A stretch of DNA of 64,000 bases from Eledone cirrhosa (Eukaryota). The stretch is taken from assembly GCA_964016885.1 (NCBI GenBank), contig OZ024746.1, positions 43,586,001 through 43,650,000 on the forward strand. The letters run 5' to 3'. Positions 39,660-50,300 of the stretch are shown here, piece by piece (the first letter of the stretch is position 1; the number at the start of each line of letters is the position of its first letter). Both the position numbers and the translations under genes were made by a program. The notes under the pieces are model-generated. The model saw only the letters and a program-made list of their open reading frames with translations, did not search any database and was not told the origin of the DNA.

Positions 39660-40071
39660 TATACTCATTCAATATTTCAAATATTTAATATCACAGCTGC
39701 TATCAAAGTGGAAATTTGGAAATAATAGTTCTTTCACTTTAAATGATGTTATAGAGTAAATATAATAAAATGTTTCTTTTTCGTTATTAAATATTAAAAT
39801 TCAGAATTATTCTGATACATTTGTAACAATCCTATTATGTATTATTAATGCAAGCCTATTGACATTTTAGAATGAAAAGAGCTTCATTTGAAATAGGTAC
39901 TTCAATCTTTTTTTAATTTAGTTCCTTCTATGATTCAATCCAGCTTTGATCTTTTGGAAAACAAGCAAATTGTATCAGTAAAATACTGGTATTAGTTATA
40001 TACATGTTTTTATTACAGTAATTCTCTGACACACTTTGTTCAATCTCTCTTTCTCTCTGTCTCTCTCTCTC

Positions 40072-40147
<76 letters not shown>

Positions 40148-40220
40148 GAGAGAGTGCAAAAAATGTATATACACTTCAGGAAAAAAACAAACTTGTATAC
40201 ATATTTAACTTGTTTAAATA

Positions 40221-40308
<88 letters not shown>

Positions 40309-40355
40309 AAGGAAAAGCGAAGTAGTTTCAGATCTTCAAGTCCTTTAATAATAAT

Positions 40356-40429
40356 GCTGTGATATATATTTCAATGACGACACTGGCCACACTCTTCTGT
40401 GTGCGAGTGTCGTGACATCATCAGACAGC
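40356..40429 (-). ncRNA. Type I hammerhead ribozyme, intact, long stem II
   Basis: GCTGT-CTGATGA-[tgtcACGACACTcgCACACagaagaGTGTGgccAGTGTCGTcatt]-GAAAT-ATAT-ATC^-ACAGC; palindromic loop 3. Confidence 0.85.
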
Positions 40430-40528
40430 TTGTTACATAATAAGGTTATGTTTCCGAGGCAATCCAACTCGCACACAGAAGAGTGTGGCCAGTGTCGTCA
40501 TTGAAATATATATCACAGCATTATTATT

Positions 40529-40710
40529 CGGTGGATTGGCAGTATCGGTAGAGTGTCGGACGCCATGCTTTCCAGCATAGTTACGTCCCTTTACGATCTG
40601 AGTTCAAATCCCGCCGAGGTTGACTTTGCCTTTCATCCTTACGGGGTCGATAAAATAAAGTACCAGTAATGCACTGGGTAATTGCTGGCCTTGTGCCTAA
40701 CGTAGAAACA
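40529..40710 (+). mobile_element. tRNA-derived SINE with TSD ATTATT
   Basis: Full family pattern; ATTATT at 40523-40528 and 40711-40716. The empty site is preserved in the opposite palindrome arm. Confidence 0.92.
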
Positions 40711-40832
40711 ATTATTAAAGGACTTGAACATCTGAAACTACTTCGCTTTTCCTTATTCGATATTTACTCCGTCACTCCTATGTGGAAAAAGTACGTTGAG
40801 TGCTTGAATTGAATTGCATCAATGTTTACCCT

Positions 40833-40880
<48 letters not shown>

Positions 40881-41089
40881 TTACAAAAGATGAATTTCTA
40901 TGTTTAGATATCTTGATGCAAGAAATATACTTCTGAATAATTGAATATCCATATAAATGCCCTTCCCATCACTAACCATTTCACTGGAAGGGGAGCTAGG
41001 CAGCTGCTAGGAATGTTGAGATATTGGGATATGCACAGTAAGGCTGAAGTAGTGATGTTAATAATTGTTAGGGAGTGCTAATGAAGTGA

Positions 41090-41388
41090 GGCATGAGGGT
41101 AGGTCAGTTCACATTGTATGTTGCAGGTTACGTCTTCTTCAGCATCACAGAGTGCCAACCCTTGCGGCCTTTAGCTATTTCTGTTGTAAGTTTTAGTTTT
41201 TTAAGGGTAGTCTTCACAACCTCATCACATGCCTTCCTGTGTCTGCCTCTACCATGGGTCCCAGCCAATAGGATTTCTTGGCATTTATTTATAGAACTGC
41301 TATCTTTCAAGCTCAAAGCAGTCTTTTCTCTTGCAAACTGCACCCAATTCCTCTTATGCCAAGTTTTTCCCTCAGTTTGCTTATGCTA
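41090..41388 (-). mobile_element. Decayed RTE 3' fragment
   Basis: Reads INKCQEILLAGTHGRGRHRKACDEVVKTTLKKLKLT. Confidence 0.75.
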
Positions 41389-41550
41389 TGTTGGACAGCT
41401 AGATCAAAACTCATTCAGATCTAGCTGTTGAAACAGCCAGAGCCCAGCCATCGAGGTCCTGAATCTTTTCATATTATCCACTCTACTACCCTAAATATTG
41501 AGTACTCTGGGGAGTTATGGTCCACCTGGTATCATACCACACCCTCTCTG
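41389..41550 (+). mobile_element. Decayed hammerhead-type short element
   Basis: 11-bp stem ACAGCTAGATC/GATCTAGCTGT followed by T-GAAAC (GAAAC at 41430). CTGAnGA is not recognisable; the downstream ACTC..GAGTACT motif is present. Confidence 0.5.
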
Positions 41551-41604
41551 ATCTATCTATCTATCTATACATATAGAGAGAGATAGATAAATAGATATAT
41601 GAAT

Positions 41605-41904
41605 TTGACAGTAGAAGTCACAGTGAGAGACACATTTTTCAAATGCAGGTAGGATCTATAGAAGTGGTTGATAGCTTCCGTTACCTAGGTGATCAGATTA
41701 GCAAGGGAGCTGGGTGCTCCAAGTCCATAGTATCTAGAATAAGGACGGTTTAGAAGAAGTTTAGGGAGCTACTTCCTCTGTTGACAAAGAAGGGTTTTGT
41801 CCCTGCGAATGAAAGGCCGGTGTGAGATGCGTGATGCTGCATGGTAGTGAGACATAGGCAGCAACTGCGGAGGATATGCAATGGTTGGAGAGAAATGAAG
41901 CAAG
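41605..41904 (+). mobile_element. RTE family A internal fragment
   Basis: Matches about 9385-9696; breaks off where a hammerhead element begins. Confidence 0.85.
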
Positions 41905-41905
41905 T

Positions 41906-42195
41906 GAAATCGCTAGACGTATCTGAGAAACTTGAAAAAGAATTTGCTTCGAAATCACTAGATGTATTTGAGGAACTTGCGAATCCAGAGTCAGGTTCGA
42001 TCCACAAACAGATCACACCTCGAGCTGTTCACCGGAGAAACAATTGTAATACGTGATAAATTGCGTTCCGATATATCACTGATTCTTCATTTTCCATATT
42101 ATCATACTCTGCTCCAAAGGAGCATAGAGTGCTCAACCGGCATATCGCCTATAGATGCATCCTATATAATTGAATATAAATGAGAGATAAACACA
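41906..42195 (+). mobile_element. Short element with decayed type I hammerhead and a 5' partial duplication
   Basis: ATGTAT-TTGAGGA (41968) ... GAAAC-AATT-GTA^-ATACGT (to 42054). The upstream duplicate (41906-41934) reads ACGTAT-CTGAGAA, so the consensus is ACGTAT-CTGAGGA. Confidence 0.75.
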
Positions 42196-43428
42196 GATAT
42201 ATACATATATGTGTTCAACTCGCAAGCTATTTAATTGTAAAATACTATTTTGAGTTTCTAACTCAATATATACCTTTGATATATATATATATGTATAAAA
42301 TATAATATAATTAGTTTTATATGTACATGGTAAATTAAATTTAATAATTAGAAATTGATGCTATTAATAGGTGAACATGATTGAATGACTGTAATAATTA
42401 TGAATTGCTAGTAAAATATTGACTCCAAAAGTATATTCCAAGTAGGGTGTATTGATTAGTAAAATGCTAAATTATATTTGTAAATATTTCATGAATTAAC
42501 ATAATTTAATTCTGCATGGAAAGAAATCAACATTCTGTTTGAGTATATACTGTATTTATTTTTTGTTTGTATTCACTCAACTTATTTGAATATTCTATAT
42601 ATAGTATGTTTTTTCAGAGCGATGCAAATATATTGATCTACATTTTTAGTTTTTTCTTTATGCCCAAACATTTTGCTGATTCAATACTTTTAGCTTTAAA
42701 GCTAGTGAAAATGTCAAAATCCTCAATCAACATCTTAAATCTAAAACAATCTCAGTGCCGACTATAATTCCTATACCATCTAATGTTTTACCTTTTCCAT
42801 TTATATTAAATAGCATCATTCATCTTTTCCTTAATCTTCCATTCTTCATTTCTTTTTTTTTCTTCTTTACATAGATTGAAAATAGCATAGCTAGAGCTTT
42901 CCTTTTTAAAATTACATCATGGAGAGAAATAAGTTCTATGCTCAATATTTTCACTCAATAATCAAGAGAAATATTATGAAAAGTATTTTATACACAGAAA
43001 GCTATTGAATATTTTCCATTACTTTTAATGTATCATGGGGAAACTGAAACAAAATGTAAAAGCTGAAATATTTGTCACTTGCCCATTAAATTGTTGATAG
43101 AAATATGAGAAAGAATCATGTAATACATTTTTAGATTTGTATAAACTTTGGATATAAAGTTTTAGTCAGGCTGTGGTAACTAATAGGATCTGAAAATAGT
43201 AATTACTGAAAGTTAAAGGTTTATTGAAAATTATGAATCAGCAATACTTTTCGAACTTTTTTGCCAAATTCAGTTAAATAAACTAGTATACATTTCTTGC
43301 ATTTAAACAGTAGATATAGCACCCTATTATAGGTAAATTCAAACTCCTCACTACATCCATGCCAATATGCAGTCAACGTGGATAAATAATCAAAATATTG
43401 CTATTGCTCTTTGTATATGTAAACTCGC

Positions 43429-43512
43429 ATATCTGAAGATGTGTCGATTAAGAGTCAGGATCTGATTGCCTGATCAAACCTGAAAGGATCGATATTGAAA
43501 CATTTGTAATAT
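43429..43512 (+). ncRNA. Type I hammerhead ribozyme, intact core, long stem II
   Basis: ATAT-CTGAAGA-tGTGTCGATT..TCAGG..CCTGA..GATCGATATt-GAAAC-ATTT-GTA^-ATAT; distal stem I TATG.AAACT/AGTTTCATA around an AATAA bulge. Confidence 0.8.
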
Positions 43513-43593
43513 ATAATAAAGTTTCATAATGAGCAGCAAATCTCACTTCTCTCTCTCTCTCTCTCTTATATATATACTGTATGTATATATATA

Positions 43594-43664
<71 letters not shown>

Positions 43665-44639
43665 AACGTTTTGTACAGCTAGAATTTCCAGCTGATGACA
43701 GTGACAATATGATAATATGACAATATTGATAATAACAAATTATAAATCATAAAAATATTTCAAACATCTATAAAGAAAATATATGCAAACATTTAAAATA
43801 TTTTAAATGTACTAAGTAACACATCAATATCTTAGAGTATTTGTTATTAAAATATACATTCCTAAAGACTAAATGTAAAGACCCAATCCTAAACTGAGGA
43901 ATAGATAGTGGCAATTATATTTTATGAAATATGAAACAAATCCATGTTCAGTTTAAAACAGATTTCTTGGAACCATTCTCTTGCATAAGTATGATTATAA
44001 CTCTGCAGTTCTTTAGGTATTAATACACCTAATTAATGCTCATATTTCTTACTTCTGAAGCAAGGCATAGAACATTTTGAATGAAATTTATGAATAATAT
44101 ATAATAAACTTATGAATAATTATAAGCCCTCTTTCCTACAGTTTAGCAATGAATGCATTGGGGCTACCCACATGGACAAAGTCCAATGACATAAATTAGT
44201 AAAAGAATAAACGATATTGATTATTGTAATCAAAAAGTTTAGAATACATAAGTTAATAATCATTCTAATTCAATATCGAGGATTCCCAGTAGATAAAGAT
44301 GTAAAGAATTATGCATATCTTAAGAATTTAAACTATTTGAATATAAATAAATAAAAATGGTAAATTTAAATATTCTACAAATGGTTCAGTGGTTCAATGT
44401 TTATGATTACACAACAGTAAATGATCTTAGAATAAAATTAATATTCATTTAATAGCCAAAAGATTAAGATAATACATAAATGAATAAATGCTACAGTAAT
44501 GAAATTTAATGAAAGTGCATACTCTTAACTCCAGTATTTGCTGGTTTTAAACATAACTCCTATATAAGCCAACAAAAATACCATTAAATATTTACAAGTT
44601 GGTTGAGGGAAATATTGTTTGTTACTTATAGTGCACCAT

Positions 44640-45030
44640 CACTTATACAACTTAGTGTAAGAACTAATATATTTATGAACTCCTTTTGTATTTTTATGTT
44701 ATTTTCATGATTAGGATTATCAGGAAAAATGTGACGATCTTCTTTGATAAGTGATAACTGTTTAACATTATTCTTTCCAGTGAATTTAAGTGGGGTAGGT
44801 GGAACTTCTATATCCACTTCTGGTCTTTGTTCTAAGAACATCTGCTCTAAAAACTGTACTACATTAACTTATTCAAACCCTACATAATTTAGCAGTGCCA
44901 CATATTGCCAAATTACTGTTGGCGGAAAATTTGTAAAGATACAGATAGTATCTGGCCATATGCTTCTCAAAATACCATTCACACCTGACGGTTTCACTTC
45001 ATCACATGACTCAGTTGTCCACAGTATCCA
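44640..45030 (-). mobile_element. pogo/Tigger-like transposase C-terminal fossil
   Basis: ESCDEVKPSGVNGILRSIWPDTICIFTNF..VGFE resembles Tigger ESWDEVKPSTLNxCWKKLWPECVHDFTGF. Confidence 0.6.
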
Positions 45031-45271
45031 TACTAAAATGAAACAAATATAACAGTGGGCCTTGTTAAATTACTGAACTTAAGCTATCTATAATAATAAG
45101 ATTGATAATCTGGAAAAATAATTTAATTAAAAAACCATGAATATAATATCTATCAAGACAGGCCCTAAAATATCTTATATTCCCTAAATCACAAAGCTCC
45201 CATTAAAGGTCTAACATATAAATTGATCATTATAATTTCTTTATCTGATATTTTTAACTATCATTATTGCC

Positions 45272-45743
45272 TGGGGTCGATAAAATAAAGTACCAGTAAT
45301 ACACTGGGTAACTGCTGGCCTTGTGCCTAAAGTAGAAACAATTATTTATTTGGCAGTATCGGTAGAGGATCAGACGCCATGCTTTGCAGCATAGTTAGGT
45401 CCCTTTACGGTCTGAGTTCAAATCCCGTCAAGGTTAACTTTGCCTTTCATCCTTACGGGGTCGATAAAATAAAGTGCCAGTAATGCACTGGGATAATTGC
45501 TGGCCTTGTGCTAAAAGTAGAAACAATTATTTATGTATAGAGGGCGGTGAATTGGCAGTATCGGTAGAGGGTTGGACACCATGCTTTGACGCATAGAGTT
45601 ACGGCGCCTGCCATTCTGAGTTCAAATCCCGCCGAGGTTAACTTTGCGTTTCATCCTTACGGGGTCGATAAAATAAAGTACCAGTAATGTACTGGGTAAT
45701 TGCTGGCTTTGTGCCTAAAGTAGAAACAATTATTTATGTATAG
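45272..45743 (+). mobile_element. Three head-to-tail tRNA-SINE copies
   Basis: 45272-45345 (3' part), 45348-45530 and 45542-45733. TTATTTATGTATAG is repeated on both sides of the third copy. Confidence 0.9.
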
Positions 45744-46134
45744 CCTAAGAAGGTTGTCAGTGGAAAGATATATTTTATCAAGCTAACTGTAATTAATTTT
45801 CTGAACACATATTGGGGCGTTTACAGAAGAATATTCAAAACTAAGTGTCATTGGTTTTTTATTTAGCCTTTAACTGCTTATCATTCCTTGGAAGATTTAT
45901 TATATTTGTATTATAGTTATTTCCATTTTAAATCTAAATATTTCTGAAATAAAAAAAAAGCACAACTTTTACTATATTGAAAGATCTCATAGATATATTT
46001 TATGAGATTGTATTTGAAAGCAAAGGATAGAAATGAAGAATATATTATTTGAATGTTCTTAAAAAATTTTATTTTTAAGTAAGTATGTTTTGAAACAGTG
46101 AGCAAGTTTGAAACAGTGAGCAAGTTTGAAAGTG

Positions 46135-46496
46135 ACTAAAGAAATTTTAGCCTGATAGTGGGGTTTAGAACCCTCAGAGAAATGGAAAAAAGAGGAGTCG
46201 AATTCACATCTTTGGTTATCCAGACCACTGTGCTACCATTACACCAACACATCACCCACCTCCTTCCATTCAAATTAGAAGCTATATTCTTAGCTACATA
46301 CTTACTTGTCATGATACTTGCTAAGAAAGTAGCTTCTAATTTGAATGGAAGGAGATGGGTGATGCGTTGGTGTAATGGTAGCACAGTGGTCTGGATAACT
46401 AAAGATGTGGATTCGACTCCCATGTACATCAATACTCATCTTTTTCCATTTCTCTGAGGGTTCTAAACCCCACTATCAGGCTCAAATTTATTTAGT
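46135..46496. repeat. 362-bp palindrome carrying two divergent tRNA-like sequences
   Basis: Arms at 46135-46294 and 46320-46496 with a 25-nt spacer; the left arm lacks 18 nt present in the right arm. Confidence 0.9.
46360..46431 (+). pseudogene. tRNA-like sequence (tRNA-Gln-like D arm); pseudo-tRNA or SINE head
   Basis: Acceptor TGATGCG/TACATCA, A box TGGTGTAATGG-TAGCAC, loop CTGGATA, T arm GTGGA-TTCGACT-CCCAT; T5 at 46441-46445. Confidence 0.6.
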
Positions 46497-47544
46497 AAAA
46501 AAATACGATTTTTATTTTTATTTTACACATCACAATAAATGCATTTTCTGTTAAATTTCTTTCTCCTCTCATATTTTGTATACTAGCAACCATAAGTATT
46601 TCAGTGTTCTACCAAAATATTTGCAATATAGTCATAGTCAATGTTAGCTCTAAATCACGTTTGCATACTTTGCCTGCTTTTTAATGTCATCATCACTGTC
46701 ATGAATTAACATCTGATTTCACTACTCACAATCCTAGGACAGTCACTATTGAAGTGAGGCTACTGACTTCCCAGTCAGGCCAGGAGTCTGCATTTGCTTA
46801 CATATGGTCCCATGTTCTACCAATGCACCAGCATAAGAAAGGTTGTCATGTCTGAAGAGCCCTGCAGCCTATTTGTTTGGCAATATTTCTATTGCTGGAT
46901 GCCTTTCCTATCACCAACCACGTACCAGTATATATCAGACATGTTTATCATGTACATCACCAACACAAGGGAGGTTATCATATCCTTGACTCAACTGAAG
47001 AATCCTCCGAATCCTTTGTTTAACAATAAAATTATTAAACTTTATGGCTTCAAAGAAGTGCCATTTTGAAAACTATTACAAATATCTTCCAACAAATATT
47101 TTCAATCCATAATATCCTCATAACTGTCTTCCAATGAGATTTTAAGATTTCACTAATATATTAATATTAAACTATTGTGAAATACAAATTTCTTCTGTTT
47201 TAAGAGAAAATAAATTCATCAGTAATTTAGTAGCTGTGTTTCAAGGACACCAATAATTAAACATATTGTGGGCAACTGTCTTTAATGAGTTTCTATGGAA
47301 ATATCATATCTAACATAGATATCTTTAATTACGTTACACTGCAGAATATTGTAATTTTTAATTACATTACATTGCAGTATATTGCAATTGTGATCACCAG
47401 ATTAAAGCATGATGTCACTTTGGCAATCTAACCCCAGCAGCTTTTAGTTCATATGCTAATTGGGACTTAATCAAACAGAATGGCTCCTGTCTTCATCTTA
47501 AGCATATTCAAAACTATAATGTCACTTTATGTTTGATTTTCTAC

Positions 47545-47643
47545 ATGACACCTCGATAAAATAAAGCATAAGTAATGCACTGGGTTCGATTTAATTGACT
47601 TTCCCCTCTCCCAAAAATTGTTGGCCTGGTGCCTAAAGTAGAA

Positions 47644-47678
<35 letters not shown>
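47545..47678 (-). mobile_element. SINE 3' part with (TTA)n tail
   Basis: CGATAAAATAAAG..GTAATGCACTGGG..GGCCTGGTGCCTAAAGTAGAAA followed by (TTA)n. It reads in the same sense as the 45542 copy, so the true orientation may be +. Confidence 0.6.
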
Positions 47679-48463
47679 AGTTAAAAGAACAAATGTTTGA
47701 AGACTTGAATTTAGTAGTTGGTTTGTTACAAAGTAATAAATTTAGAAGTTCAAATAAAGTACATATAATATCATAATATTGTATAATCATAATAGTATTT
47801 TATGTTTGTTGTTCTTTTTCTATTCCAGCAAAGCCTAGATTAAATCTTAAAGATCCCTTTAAATGACAGAAAGAAATGGATCTCAAGTTTGTTTATCATT
47901 CAACCTTATTTATCATAGAGGTTAGCAAAAGTTAGATTCTGCTTAGAAGGATATCAATATGCAGAAATATATAATACAGTCTCCTGCATAGACCTAATTC
48001 CATTCTTTTGATTATTGGACAGCTGCAATGTAGGAAACTGGTTTAATCAATAAAATCCTTTAAATAGCTAGTCTCTGAGGAAATTAGCACTGGAAGAATG
48101 CAATGCTCTAAATTTCCAGGCTACACTTTCTTTCATTTGACGATGGGTATATGGAAGAAGAGACACTCTTCTAAATTTTCTGACATCCAGAAAAAACTAC
48201 AATTTGTCACAGCATGCCAAATCTCATTCTTCAATACATGGTGCATGAAAGCTGAATTTGTATTTAATGTCGGAATTAAAATATACATCTACTATTTTCA
48301 ACATAAATTGAATGTAGAAGTAGTTTACATAATTCATAATATTAAAAGATACAATATCCACCAGGCATTCTTCTACTAGAATATATGAATATGTATAAAC
48401 ATACAGACACACAAACACACACACACACACACATATATATGTAGGTGTATATATATATATACA

Positions 48464-48542
<79 letters not shown>

Positions 48543-48576
48543 ATACATATGTATATATATATGTATATATATATAT

Positions 48577-48883
48577 GGTGGCTGCCAACTCGTTTTCAAG
48601 TACGGCCACTACTTTATATCCATGTAGGAGAACCCCTACCGATGCGCTGAACGATTGTGACTTTTTAGTCCAGCCAGCGACTTGAAAACTCTGGTACAAA
48701 CACTACACTTGAACAATTATTGACACACGTCACAACGAACCAAAGAATCATCTTCCTGTCTTCCTTCGGTTGCAACGTTTTTCGAAATATTTACTTACGT
48801 GTTCACAGATTGTTTTTTTTTAGTTTCAGAAGATCCCGTTAAGGGTGAAAGAAGCGATTCTTTGATTAAACTTTAATCTGTTA

Positions 48884-48890
<7 letters not shown>
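48577..48890 (+). mobile_element. About 310-nt element ending in a hammerhead-like variant; same family as 37840-38062
   Basis: TTCAGAAGATCCCGTTAAGGGTGAAAG..GATTCTTTG..AATCTGTTATTTTAAT is shared with 37991-38056; embedded in (TA)n on both sides. Confidence 0.75.
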
Positions 48891-48924
<34 letters not shown>

Positions 48925-48925
<1 letters not shown>

Positions 48926-50300
48926 TGAAGCACTTGCCCTGTATGATTCTGAAACGAAAGGCCTGGAAAACTGAATATGAGAGGCTGTTGAATGAAGAGA
49001 ATAAATGGGACAGCAAGGGCCTACCCCATGCAGACTCAACTGAGGGACCAGCTATAAAAGTTGACAACAGTGTGATAGCTAAAGCAATATAAGACATAAA
49101 GATAGGGAAAGCACCCAGACTATCTGGTATAGTTGCTGAGATGCTAACAGCATCTGGAACGGTAGGATATAAGGTAGTCAGACGAATTGTTAATTAAGTA
49201 GTACAGGATGGGGTCCTACTCAATGACAGGTGCAAAAGTGTCATTGTAAATTGCTACAAAGTCAAAGGAAATGCACTGGAGAAAAGTAACTAAATGGTGC
49301 AAACAGTAAAGTGAGAATTGGCAACAAGTACAGTGATGAATTTGAAGTGCAAGTGGGGGTTCATGAAAGCTCAGTCCTCAGTCCACTTCTGTTGCCAGGT
49401 AGGTTCTTAGAAGTTGTTGGCAGCTTCTGTTGTCTAAGCAATTTAATTAACTGTCGATCAGAACAGGCTGGAAGAAGTTTAGAGAGTTGATAACTCTGTT
49501 GACAATAAAAGTATTATCTCTCAGTATGATGCATGTGTGCAAACTGCAATGCTACATGCAGGGAAACTGGAGCCTTGAATGCAGAAAACAACTTGTGAAG
49601 GCAGGAAAGAAATGAAGCAAGTGTGAAAGTATAAATGATGTAGCATAAGTAAACTGAGAGATAATATTGGCATAATAAGAATTGGATAATGTGTCCAAGA
49701 GAGAAGACAGCATAGCCATGGATATATGATGCATACAAAAGATAGCAGCTGCATAAAAAAATGCACAGACATTTCAGTGGCTGAAACCCATGGAAGAGGT
49801 TGACACAAGAAAACGAAAGTTTTTTCCTCAGTTTTCTTATGCGATGTCACTTATGCACACTAATATTGCACATCTATTGGAGCATACTCGACTCATTTCT
49901 TTCTAGCCTCTGCAGGTCTTCTGTAATTGAGGCTCATGTTTCACTGCCATGTGACATTGTGGTTCACACATAAGCATCATACAGTCTACCCTTCATTCTG
50001 AGAGAAAAACATTTTGTTGTTATCAGTGGTAATAGATCTCTAAACTTCTTCATCCTATTATGTCCAGTTTTCCATACTTGCAGTTGTTGAACAGGTATTT
50101 TCCTGCACCTTTTTTCTACTACTCCATTCCTCCATCATCACATTCATATTGAGATCTGCCCTCATCATTTTTGTCGATGTCTTTATTGCCTTCTCTTTAC
50201 TGCAGCTTCCTTTGACTGGGGACTCCTGGCCCTTCTTCCCTGAACATTCCCCATCCATATGCATCATACCAGCACTCTTTAGTCTCTTGCACACTAACCA
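48925..50300. mobile_element. Scrambled older RTE fragments (+ 48925-49815; - 49850-50055; - 50060-50300)
   Basis: GKAPRLSGIVAEML, VQVGVHESSVLSPLL and GWKKFRELI on +; inverted pieces follow. Confidence 0.8.

Larger units (their letters stand above)
40305..40837. mobile_element. Fold-back hammerhead element with a SINE inserted in one arm
   Basis: Left arm 40305-40408 is inverted at 40467-40528 plus 40717-40758; unique tail to about 40837; long (TA)n on both sides. Confidence 0.88.

Noticed and set aside
45272-45743. CRISPR-like or satellite array
   Set aside because: The units are SINE copies; there is no repeat-spacer structure and the context is eukaryotic.
46150-46185. CTGATAG...GAGAAA as a hammerhead in the palindrome arms
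   Set aside because: The core is CTGATAG rather than CTGAnGA, and there is no stem III/NUH or stem I.
46136-46457. Paired 98-aa and 99-aa ORFs on opposite strands
   Set aside because: A by-product of the palindrome; the sequence is tRNA-like rather than coding.
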